Source: Porphyromonadaceae bacterium UBA7203 (GTDB taxonomy: Bacteria; Bacteroidota; Bacteroidia; Bacteroidales; Muribaculaceae). Taken from it: a DNA stretch of 64,000 bases. This document shows positions 55,793 through 64,000 of the stretch, piece after piece. Position numbers and translations under genes: made by a program. The stretch lies in assembly GCA_002490725.1 (NCBI GenBank), contig DKUN01000007.1, positions 1,126 to 65,125 of the forward strand, read 5' to 3'. Under the pieces are notes generated by a model. It worked only from the letters and a program-made list of their open reading frames with translations. It ran no database searches and had not been told where the DNA came from. The number at the start of each line of letters is the position of its first letter. Within the stretch, counting starts at the first letter, position 1.

Positions 55793-56854
55793 TTATGCCA
55801 GTGAGTTATAAATAGCACGCAGGTCTGACTGGATTTTGTCGGGATAGAAGTTCGGCACGATTCTCAAAGCCTCCTTACCGTAGCGGCCAATGAGGTCTGG
55901 GTTGAGCAGATAGCAGTCGATAGCCGCGCTCATGGCCTGCTTGTCGCCCGGTTTGAAAAGGATGCCGTTCTCGCCCGGATAAATCATTTCCGGAATGCCG
56001 CCCACTGGAGTGGAAATCACCGCCATGCCGTGGCCCATGGCCTCGAGTATCGACATTGGCAGACACTCGGCATAAGAGGGAAGTATCAACACATGGTTTG
56101 AGGCAAAGAGTTCCTCTTTCATACTTCCGTCGACCCAGCCGAGAAACTCGACGAGCTCCTCGAGCCGGTTTTCGCTGATGTAACTCCTGAGGCGCTCCGT
56201 TTCGCCGTCGCCGCCGATGGTCAGCCTTACGCGTCCGCACCAGCGGTCGCGGTTGACGGCAAAGACTTCCAGAAGGTCAAATATGCCCTTGGCATCGACC
56301 AGTGCGCCGAGAAAAAGCAGCCGCAAAGGCTCGAAGCTGTCGGGATGGTTAATCTCGGCCGGCGGCAGCAGCGGGTTGTGAACCACCCTGATGTCGGGAT
56401 GGTGAAAAATCGAATCGAAATAATGTTCCCACGATTTCGACAGACACACAACCATGTCGCAACGGTCGAGCGTACGCTTGGCCCTCGGCGTGCCGATGCG
56501 GCGAAAATATTCCTGGGTGTGGCCCCCGTGGCAATGATAGATTATCTTATAGCCGAGCATTTTGCCCCAGCGTATAATCCAGCTTTTGCGTATATAGCTC
56601 TTGCCGCTGGCCACGTGGACATGGAGAATCGAGCGCCCGCGCAACCGCTCGACCGGCATCATAAGCAAGGTCTGCAACAACGAGAACATGCCCATGAATG
56701 TGCCATAAGGGCTGTTGGAAGCCAAATGCCTGAAGTCGGGCAGCAGCCGCTCATATATTTTAAGCACCGACGCCATGCCGCCCAGACTATTGCGCGAGGG
56801 GCCGACGGTCAGCACTCTGGAGAATATCTTGTCAGGATTATTTGAATCTTTCAT
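55793..56854 (-). CDS. glycosyltransferase family 4/1
   Basis: ECLPMSILEAMGHGMAVI (EX7E). Its stop directly abuts the start of the next GT gene. Confidence 0.8.
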   Translation of the reverse strand: MKDSNNPDKIFSRVLTVGPSRNSLGGMASVLKIYERLLPDFRHLASNSPYGTFMGMFSLLQTLLMMPVERLRGRSILHVHVASGKSYIRKSWIIRWGKMLGYKIIYHCHGGHTQEYFRRIGTPRAKRTLDRCDMVVCLSKSWEHYFDSIFHHPDIRVVHNPLLPPAEINHPDSFEPLRLLFLGALVDAKGIFDLLEVFAVNRDRWCGRVRLTIGGDGETERLRSYISENRLEELVEFLGWVDGSMKEELFASNHVLILPSYAECLPMSILEAMGHGMAVISTPVGGIPEMIYPGENGILFKPGDKQAMSAAIDCYLLNPDLIGRYGKEALRIVPNFYPDKIQSDLRAIYNSLA

Positions 56855-56865
56855 TTTTGCAAAAT

Positions 56866-58308
56866 TCAGACAGTTAACGGTTCGGGGTCAGGCCCGGCAT
56901 CGGCCGGCAAGGTTTTGTTGGCGGCAAGCACCGCTCCCAGCACCGTGCTGATCAGCGTGAGCCCGTGAAGGCCGTTGAAGCCCGCAAAACCGGCCACACC
57001 AAGCACCGAGGCTCCGACAATCACGTTCAGATAGTCGAGCGAGTGGTCGAGTTTCCTGATTATGAAGTAAACGCCGACGAAGAACAGCAGCTGCGCGAAC
57101 AGTCCGATAAATCCGCAGTCGAGAATGGTCTGCACCTGAGTCACCTCGACCTCGGTAACGACCTCGTCGGCCACCGAAACGTCAGAGTAATAGTTATTAC
57201 GTATCTGGAAAACCGGGTTTGTGCTTTTTTCAGGGTGGATAAAGCCGAATCCAAGGTGCAGGCGCCCCATATCCTCAAGCAGCTCCCACTTGGGCAGAAT
57301 CTGAGCCATGCGCCCCGTACCGAATTCTGCAAGGTCTTCATCGTCTTGCGCGGCCTCGAGCGAGGTGAACTGGTCGATATTCTCGGCCAGACGCAGATGG
57401 CCGCCCGTGGCCTTGTCGACATTATAGCCCACCACGAGAAGCACCGCGCCGATAGCTCCATATAGAGCCACCTGCCTGAGCCCGGGGCGGAAACACACCC
57501 AGCACACCAGCAGGGCGAAGAGCAGCGAGTTGGTGCGCGAAGTATAGATGGCCAGCAGTACTATGGCCCACTGCATCCACGACAGTCGCAGCTGCTTGTA
57601 ATTCAGAGCCACTATGCACGGAATCAGCCAGTAGAGGCCGGGGGGATAATGGCGCGGCATTGACAGGAAGCCTGAGAAGTGAGGTTCGTAAATCGTTGAC
57701 GACCCGCCGCCGAACATCACTGCCGGCAGCAGAATGAAGCCGCCGATAATGAACGTGTCGACGACATAGAAGCCGCATATTACCAGGGCATGCAACACCA
57801 GCGACTCTATGAATTTCGGCCATTCGAAACGGCGGTTGGCGAATGTAAGCAACGGCACGAAGAAGAGCACAATCAGCAGATAGCTGCGCAGGCGTATGAA
57901 CTGCACTGACATCGACTCAATCGAAGTCGATGCCAGCAGAAACAACACGGCAAAATAGGCAAGCATGGCCAGGGAGACACGCTTTACATAGCCGTTTTTG
58001 CGGTAAATCAGAAAACCGACAATGCCCAGCAGAAGCCCGAAATCTGCAATTTTGACCGGGAGGACGTCGTAGGCCATCAGACCGAATCCACCAATCAGGA
58101 GCATCAGCTCGATGGTGAAGTCATAGCGGTTGCTGCGCCAGCGCCACATCAGAAAGGCGCCCAGCGGTAACAACATCGGGTAGACGTGGAGCCCGACAAG
58201 CGACATCAGCAGGCAGTACGCAATAGCCTGCCACCATCGGGCGGCAGGTACGCGGAAAGTTTCAACCCTTGCGGGGGGAGCTGTCAATGTCGCTTCGGTC
58301 GAGTGCAT
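56866..58308 (-). CDS. O-antigen polymerase/ligase-like membrane protein (Wzy-type)
   Basis: 480 aa, about 10-12 TM segments with a large loop. Sits in a Wzx/Wzy locus. Confidence 0.65.
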   Translation of the reverse strand: MHSTEATLTAPPARVETFRVPAARWWQAIAYCLLMSLVGLHVYPMLLPLGAFLMWRWRSNRYDFTIELMLLIGGFGLMAYDVLPVKIADFGLLLGIVGFLIYRKNGYVKRVSLAMLAYFAVLFLLASTSIESMSVQFIRLRSYLLIVLFFVPLLTFANRRFEWPKFIESLVLHALVICGFYVVDTFIIGGFILLPAVMFGGGSSTIYEPHFSGFLSMPRHYPPGLYWLIPCIVALNYKQLRLSWMQWAIVLLAIYTSRTNSLLFALLVCWVCFRPGLRQVALYGAIGAVLLVVGYNVDKATGGHLRLAENIDQFTSLEAAQDDEDLAEFGTGRMAQILPKWELLEDMGRLHLGFGFIHPEKSTNPVFQIRNNYYSDVSVADEVVTEVEVTQVQTILDCGFIGLFAQLLFFVGVYFIIRKLDHSLDYLNVIVGASVLGVAGFAGFNGLHGLTLISTVLGAVLAANKTLPADAGPDPEPLTV

Positions 58309-59885
58309 CAGTTAGCGGACTCTTTGCGCTTACCGGTTTTTAAGTGGTCAATTATATAGAAGCAGACCGGCGGAATCATCATGCCCAACAGAATGCACAC
58401 CAGCAGAATTTCAAGAGTGCCGAGCGAAATATCCTCGTTGAGCGAATAAGCCTCGTCAATAATCTGGGCCTTGGGGTTCTGGTTGTTGAAGAGCACGTTG
58501 GTCTCCTCCTGCTTCTGAAGCAGGAACACGTAGATTTCCTCTTCAATGGCCTGGTCGCGCGCAATTTTGCGGAAGTTGAACTCCGTGGCGGGCAGACCGG
58601 TTATCTGTTTGCGCGCCCTGTCGTAAACGCGGCGCAGCTCGGCCTCGACATCTTTCGAACTCGACAGCGCGCTTTCAAGCGAGGCTACGAGGTTCTGACG
58701 CATCAGCCTGATCTGATCGTCGATGCGCTGCAGGGCCATGTTGTCGGGCTTTGAGGCACTCTCGACCGACACCCGGCGAAGCACCATCGAGTTATAGGCG
58801 TTGATGAGCGACGACAGGCCGTCGTTATCGGCCATAGGCGGAATCAGACTGTTGTCCTTCTCGCTCTCGCGTGCGAGCTGAAGGGTGATGCGTGCCATTT
58901 CGGTCAACACCTGCTGCTCGGTCAGTTTCTTTTCGGCCTCGGCCAGACGCTCGTACATGACAGTGCCGTCGGCTTCGACCATGCCGAGGCCCTCGCCCTG
59001 CTTATATCTGGCCAGCTCGGTTTCGACGCGGTTGAGGTCGTTGCGCACCGCGGCCAAGCGCTCTTCGATGAAGCGGGCCGTAGCTCCGTTTTGATAGTCC
59101 TGGTCTTTGCGCGAGCGGATATTATAGTTCTCAATCAGTTTGTTGAGAATATTTTTGGCATACTCTTCATTGCCGGTCAGCATCTGCATCTCGACAATCT
59201 GCGAGTGTTTCGAAGCAAGCGAAACGTTAATCAGTTCCCTGAGGTCCTCGGCTGCGATGTCGGGGCTGGTTATCTTGACTCTGACGGTCGTAACCTCTTC
59301 GGGGTCGAGAAATTCCGTTGTGCTGACGGCAAACTTGCCGTAGTCGGTGACAATCGTCGCCGGCAACTGAATGTCTCCTTTAGAGAAAATAGTTTTCCCC
59401 TTGGCCTTAACGTTTACGTTGGCATTGCCCTTGGGGTCGGTCTTAATCTTGAAAATCAGCGTGGCGCGGAGAGTGTCGAGGTTAATCGATGAGTCAGGCG
59501 TAACCACTACAGGATATTCTGCGGTTTCGAGTTCATAGACGAGCGGCATCAGGCGCCGGGCCACTGTCGTGTTGAGGCCGAGGTCGCTGACCACTGAGCG
59601 GAGCACCGAGTGCGACGTCATTATCTGCACTTCGTCTTCGGCGCTCGAATTGCCGCCAAACAGTTGCGACACGCCGCTGAGTCCTCCGCCGAGAAACTTC
59701 GACACGGTGCTTTGTTCGGTCAGCAGCACGTTAGCACGCACTTCATATTTCGGCTGAATCAACGTCGAGACTGCAAGTCCGAAGCCGACACAAACGGCCA
59801 CGGAGGCCACGAACCAATACCACTTTTTGAGATAGCCGCTCAGATAACCGCGGACGTCAATTATTTCAGATTTATTTTCGCTCAT
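58308..59885 (-). CDS. chain-length determinant (Wzz/GumC-like) protein without a C-terminal tyrosine kinase domain
   Basis: 525 aa. It has an N-terminal TM segment, a Wzz-like periplasmic coiled-coil region and a C-terminal TM segment. No Walker A is present. Confidence 0.8.
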   Translation of the reverse strand: MSENKSEIIDVRGYLSGYLKKWYWFVASVAVCVGFGLAVSTLIQPKYEVRANVLLTEQSTVSKFLGGGLSGVSQLFGGNSSAEDEVQIMTSHSVLRSVVSDLGLNTTVARRLMPLVYELETAEYPVVVTPDSSINLDTLRATLIFKIKTDPKGNANVNVKAKGKTIFSKGDIQLPATIVTDYGKFAVSTTEFLDPEEVTTVRVKITSPDIAAEDLRELINVSLASKHSQIVEMQMLTGNEEYAKNILNKLIENYNIRSRKDQDYQNGATARFIEERLAAVRNDLNRVETELARYKQGEGLGMVEADGTVMYERLAEAEKKLTEQQVLTEMARITLQLARESEKDNSLIPPMADNDGLSSLINAYNSMVLRRVSVESASKPDNMALQRIDDQIRLMRQNLVASLESALSSSKDVEAELRRVYDRARKQITGLPATEFNFRKIARDQAIEEEIYVFLLQKQEETNVLFNNQNPKAQIIDEAYSLNEDISLGTLEILLVCILLGMMIPPVCFYIIDHLKTGKRKESAN

Positions 59886-59891
59886 GGCAGA

Positions 59892-60728
59892 TTATTTGCG
59901 TATAAACAGTGCGATAACGAGAGTTGCAACAACTGAGGCCGCGCTGACAATCACGGAGGTCATTGACAGGCGGAACTGGCGCTCCTGGTCGGTCGAGGCG
60001 TTGGCCGAACGGATTTTATTGGGTTCCACGTAGACCACGTCGTTCTGACGCAGGTAGAAGTAAGGCGACTCGAGCACTTTCGAGTCGTTGAGATTCAGAT
60101 AGTGGTAGGTGCGCTGACCGTCTTCCTCGCGAATAATCAGCACGCGTTTGCGCTCGCCATAGGGAGTCATGTCGCCGGCGGCGGCAATGGCATCAAGAAT
60201 GCTATAGCGCTCGCGGTTAACGAACTGCACGCCGGGCTTGAGTACTTCGCCCATCACGTTGACATGGAAGTTGACCAGTTCGACCGACACGATCGGGTCA
60301 ACTACTTTCTCGCTTATTTTTTCGGTCAGATATGAGGCAAGCCCTTCGAGCGACATGCCGGCAACGTGGATTTTGCCGAGCACCGGAAAGTTGATAAAGC
60401 CGTCAAGCCCTACATGATAGGTCTGGTAGGTCAGGTTCTGCGAACGGCGCTGAAGCATCTGGCTCTCGAGGTTGCCGTTAACATCGTTGAAGTCGCGTAA
60501 ACGCGGGTGCTGATAAGGCACGGTGTAATCCTGAACCACCTCCGGATCGGCCGCCGAAACGTTGATGAGCAGTTCGTCGTCGGGCACAATCCTGACAGTA
60601 AAATCACCTGCGGGAATAGAGCCCTCGGCAGGCAGGTCGGTAAAGTAAGGAAGCACTGTCTTTCTTGACGAGCAGGCTGTTAAGGTCATAGCAACTGCCA
60701 GTCCTATGATGAATTTTGCGACTTTCAT
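59892..60728 (-). CDS. polysaccharide export outer membrane protein (Wza family)
   Basis: Lipobox LTAC. It has a Poly_export domain (FPVLGKIHVAGMSLEGL) and a SLBB-like region. Confidence 0.85.
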   Translation of the reverse strand: MKVAKFIIGLAVAMTLTACSSRKTVLPYFTDLPAEGSIPAGDFTVRIVPDDELLINVSAADPEVVQDYTVPYQHPRLRDFNDVNGNLESQMLQRRSQNLTYQTYHVGLDGFINFPVLGKIHVAGMSLEGLASYLTEKISEKVVDPIVSVELVNFHVNVMGEVLKPGVQFVNRERYSILDAIAAAGDMTPYGERKRVLIIREEDGQRTYHYLNLNDSKVLESPYFYLRQNDVVYVEPNKIRSANASTDQERQFRLSMTSVIVSAASVVATLVIALFIRK

Positions 60729-60774
60729 TGGTCTTTACGAATTCCGGGTTAAATCTTATATTTTGTTAAACGGC

Positions 60775-61257
60775 TTAACCGTCCCTTTTATTGCGCAGGT
60801 TTTCCAATATTTTTTCAACCGTAATGCCGAACCGCGGATGGGTCCAGCCCGGCATGATTTCAGCCATCGGAACTAGCACGAACTCTCGCAGGTGCATGCG
60901 CGGATGAGGCACCGTCACATTCACTTCGCTGACGTCGGCGTCGTCAAGGCATATGAGGTCAAGGTCAATGCGGCGGTCGGCATAATTTCCGTCAGCGTCA
61001 CGGTGACAGCCGTCGGGGTCTATGGTTCGCTCTATATCCAGCAGGCGGTCAACTATCGCGGCGGCATCGAGTCGGGTTGACACGTTGACACCAACGTTAA
61101 TAAACTCGCCTGACGACTCATAGCCCCACGCCGCGCTCGTGAACGGAGCCGAAACCCGCGCCACACGACCAACCGAGGGGTCAAGCAGCGACACCGCGCG
61201 GGCAATCTGTTCCGCGCGGTGTCCTAAATTAGAGCCTATGTTAATGTGAGCTGTCAA
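60775..61257 (-). CDS. folK: 2-amino-4-hydroxy-6-hydroxymethyldihydropteridine diphosphokinase
   Basis: IGSNLG..., R.IDLD and [15 protein letters not shown]. Confidence 0.9.
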   Translation of the reverse strand: MTAHINIGSNLGHRAEQIARAVSLLDPSVGRVARVSAPFTSAAWGYESSGEFINVGVNVSTRLDAAAIVDRLLDIERTIDPDGCHRDADGNYADRRIDLDLICLDDADVSEVNVTVPHPRMHLREFVLVPMAEIMPGWTHPRFGITVEKILENLRNKRDG

Positions 61258-64000
61258 ATTGTGCGGCTCACTTCGACTTCTTCGAAGCCTTCGATGATAT
61301 CGCCTACCTCGAGGTCGTTATAGCCGGCGATGCTGAGACCGCAGTCATAGCCTGAGAGCACTTCCTTGACGTCGTCCTTGAAGCGCTTGAGCGAGCCGAG
61401 TTCGCCGGTGTAGCGAACAATGCCGTCGCGAATCAGGCGCACCTTGTTGCCACGCTTGATTTTGCCTTCGCGCACAATGGCGCCGGCAATGGTGCCGACC
61501 TTGCTGATATGATAGGTCTGGAGCACTTCGGCCGTGCCGGTAACCTCCTCCTTGAGTTCGGGTGCGAGCATGCCGGCCATTGCGTCCTTGACTTCTTCGA
61601 TAGCCTGATAGATTACCGAGTAGAGGCGGATATCCACGCCGGCGCGTTCGGCAGCCTTGCGGGCGGCCTGGCTGGGACGCACCTGGAAGCCGATGATGAT
61701 AGCATCGGACGCGGCGGCCAGGTCGACGTCGCTCTCAGAAATTGCGCCGACAGCCTTGTGGATAACGTTGATCTGGATCTCCTCGGTCGAGAGCTTCAGC
61801 AGCGAGTCGCTAAGAGCCTCGATCGAACCGTCAACGTCGCCCTTGACAATAATATTGAGCTCCTGGAAGTTACCGATTGCACGGCGGCGACCGATGTCTT
61901 CAAGGGTAATCATCTTGGTTGTGCGTGCGCTCTGTTCGCGCTGGAGCTGCTCGCGCTTGGTGGCGATTTCGCGCGCCTCCTGTTCAGAGTCGAGCACGTT
62001 GAAGGTATCGCCCGCGGTGGGAGCACCGTTCAGGCCGAGAATCAGCACGGGCACGGCGGGGCCGGCTTCCTTGATGCGCTGGTTGCGTTCGTTGAACATG
62101 GCCTTGACCTTGCCGTAATGGGTGCCGGCGAGAATGATGTCGCCAACCTTGAGCGTGCCGCTCTGCACCAACACGGTGGCCACGTAGCCGCGACCCTTGT
62201 CAAGACTCGACTCGAGCACGGCACCGACCGCATTGCGGTTGGGATTAGCCTTGAGGTCAAGCATTTCGGCCTCGAGGAGCACTTTTTCCATGAGATCTTC
62301 GACGCCAATACCCTTTTTGGCCGAAATTTCCTGGCTCTGATATTTGCCGCCCCAGTCTTCGACCAGATAATTCATGGTAGAGAGCTCTTCCTTGATTTTG
62401 TCAGGGTTAGCGTGGGGCTTATCTATTTTATTGATGGCAAACACGATGGGCACACCTGCCGCCGCGGCGTGGTTGATAGCCTCGACGGTCTGGGGCATGA
62501 CGGCGTCGTCGGCAGCCACGATGATGATGACAAGGTCGGTCACCTTGGCGCCGCGGGCACGCATGGCGGTAAAGGCTTCGTGGCCGGGGGTGTCGAGGAA
62601 GGTTATCTCCTTGCCGTCGGCGAGGGTCACATGATAGGCACCGATATGCTGGGTAATACCGCCGGCCTCACCCGCAATGACGTTAGCCTGGCGGATATAG
62701 TCGAGCAGCGAGGTCTTGCCGTGGTCGACATGACCCATGACTGTAACAATCGGCGGACGGGGAAGCAAATCTTCCTCAGAGTCTTCGACTGCGGTCACGG
62801 CCTCGGAGAGGTCGGTGGTGATATATTCGGTTTCGAAGCCGAATTCTTCGGCCACAATATTGATAGTTTCGGCATCAAGACGCTGGTTGATGCTGACCAT
62901 GACACCCATCTGCATGCAGGTGGCAATGACGTTATTGATGGGCACATTCATGAGCGAAGCCAGGTCGTTGGCGGTAACGAACTCGGTGAGCTTCAGAATC
63001 TTGCTTTCGGCCTCCTGCTGCTCGGCGCGTTCGTGTTCGCGGTTGGCGAATGCCTCGCGCTTCTCCTTGCGCCACTTGGCGGCCACCTTCTGGCCCTTGT
63101 TGCCCTTCGAGGTCAGGCGGGCAAGTACTTCCTTGACCTGCTTCTGTACGTCTTCTTCGCTGACTTCGGGCGCTGCGGCCTTGGCCTTGCGGTTACGGTC
63201 GTTACCACCCTTTTTCGAGGCGTTCTTCTGGCCCGACTGCTGCTGGTTGCCGCCGCCGTTGTTATTGTTGCGGTTGCCGGAATTGTCGCGACCACCGTTA
63301 CGGCCTTCTTTCTGCACGTCGACCTTTTCGCCGGCGCCGATGCGCTTACGCTTCTTGCGGTCGCCTTCGGCAGCGTTGCGGCGCTCTTCCTTGGTTTTTT
63401 TCTTCGGACGGGTAGCTCCGTTGATGGCCGAAAGGTCAATTTTGCCGACAACGTTGAGCTGCGGCGCGCGAGCCTTGATATCGTCGGCTCCGTGCAGGCG
63501 AAACACCTCGGGCTCAGCGGGTGCGGCCGGCTTAGCGGACTCTTCAGACTTTGGCGCGGGAGCCGGTGCGGGCGCGGGCTTCGGCTCAGCTTTTTGGGCA
63601 GGCTTCTGCTCCGGTTTGGGCTCTGCCTTCTGCTCGGCCTTGGGTGCGGAAGCCTGTGCGGGAGCGGGTTTCGGCTCGGCTTTCGGCTCGACCTTCACCA
63701 CGGGCTCAGCCTTGGGAGCCGGAGCAGGAGTCACGACGGGCCCCGGCTTCGATTCAGGCTTAGGCTCCGGTTTGGGTTCGGCTTTGGGAGCAGGTGAGGG
63801 CACCTCGACAGGTTCGGGCTTCGGCTCGGCCTTTGGAGCGGGCGCCACGGCAGGTTCGGGCTTCGGCTCCAGCTTCGGCTCCTCGGGTTTAACTTCAGGC
63901 TTCGTCTCGGCTATGGGACGTCCGGTTGCCAAATCGATTTTACCCAGCACTTTAGGTCCGGTTTCAGTCTTAGTGGCAGCTGATTCAGACTGCTGAGCAG
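61254..64000 (-). CDS. infB: translation initiation factor IF-2 (N-terminus lies beyond the window end)
   Basis: GTPase core [24 protein letters not shown] and NKIDK. The N-terminal region is low-complexity and K/P/E/A-rich. The frame stays open upstream of the GTG at 63950 to position 64000. Confidence 0.95.
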   Translation of the reverse strand, partial: AQQSESAATKTETGPKVLGKIDLATGRPIAETKPEVKPEEPKLEPKPEPAVAPAPKAEPKPEPVEVPSPAPKAEPKPEPKPESKPGPVVTPAPAPKAEPVVKVEPKAEPKPAPAQASAPKAEQKAEPKPEQKPAQKAEPKPAPAPAPAPKSEESAKPAAPAEPEVFRLHGADDIKARAPQLNVVGKIDLSAINGATRPKKKTKEERRNAAEGDRKKRKRIGAGEKVDVQKEGRNGGRDNSGNRNNNNGGGNQQQSGQKNASKKGGNDRNRKAKAAAPEVSEEDVQKQVKEVLARLTSKGNKGQKVAAKWRKEKREAFANREHERAEQQEAESKILKLTEFVTANDLASLMNVPINNVIATCMQMGVMVSINQRLDAETINIVAEEFGFETEYITTDLSEAVTAVEDSEEDLLPRPPIVTVMGHVDHGKTSLLDYIRQANVIAGEAGGITQHIGAYHVTLADGKEITFLDTPGHEAFTAMRARGAKVTDLVIIIVAADDAVMPQTVEAINHAAAAGVPIVFAINKIDKPHANPDKIKEELSTMNYLVEDWGGKYQSQEISAKKGIGVEDLMEKVLLEAEMLDLKANPNRNAVGAVLESSLDKGRGYVATVLVQSGTLKVGDIILAGTHYGKVKAMFNERNQRIKEAGPAVPVLILGLNGAPTAGDTFNVLDSEQEAREIATKREQLQREQSARTTKMITLEDIGRRRAIGNFQELNIIVKGDVDGSIEALSDSLLKLSTEEIQINVIHKAVGAISESDVDLAAASDAIIIGFQVRPSQAARKAAERAGVDIRLYSVIYQAIEEVKDAMAGMLAPELKEEVTGTAEVLQTYHISKVGTIAGAIVREGKIKRGNKVRLIRDGIVRYTGELGSLKRFKDDVKEVLSGYDCGLSIAGYNDLEVGDIIEGFEEVEVSRTI

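Noticed and set aside
61509-63797. 762-aa ORF on the + strand (plus 62737..63996)
   Set aside because: It is antisense to infB and consists of low-complexity G/L/A/F/R repeats that mirror the IF-2 sequence.
63480-63900. Tandem-looking KPEP/APAPK repeats, as a repeat array or CRISPR-like feature
   Set aside because: It is in-frame coding low-complexity sequence of the IF-2 N-terminal region. The units are irregular and there is no repeat-spacer structure.

Overview
This is a GC-rich, densely packed chromosomal segment that looks Bacteroidota (Bacteroidales-like). The phylum call rests on TAnnTTTG -7 promoter boxes in front of many genes, a T9SS C-terminal sorting domain, a TonB-dependent receptor + DUF4249 pair and many glycoside hydrolases. 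About 50 protein genes can be supported.

Gene content:
- Glycan enzymes: a frameshifted GH2, a 1368-aa LacZ-type GH2 with a discoidin domain, a GH84 and the GH13 branching enzyme GlgB.
- Housekeeping genes: pgk, rpsF-rpsR-rplI, ndk, miaA, rsgA, recF, pyrH, folK and partial infB.
- Stress and ion genes: lrgAB, a Fur/PerR-rubrerythrin operon and a CDF transporter.
- A Wzx/Wzy-type polysaccharide locus (wza, wzz, wzy, two GT4, wzx), with wecC-like and tagA-like genes about 7 kb away.
- A two-component system transcribed divergently from an S41 peptidase + MacB-type ABC unit.
- Two paralogous ~1000-aa outer-membrane barrels.
- One tRNA-Arg(CCG)-like gene.
- Three visibly AT-rich islets carrying gene remnants: a tyrosine-integrase fragment, a GNAT fragment and a hydrolase with an in-frame stop.

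I found no rRNA, CRISPR array, intact mobile element or recognisable defence system. I did not find an unambiguous novel multi-gene system. The best candidates for follow-up are the TCS / S41 / ABC module, the orphan giant OM barrels (one with an upstream poly-C tract), the atypical tRNA, the terminator-like leader of the horizontally acquired MFS gene, and the repeat motif flanking ndk.

Start codons were chosen by eye (signal peptides, promoter spacing) and may be off by a few codons. GC statements are by eye and were not computed.
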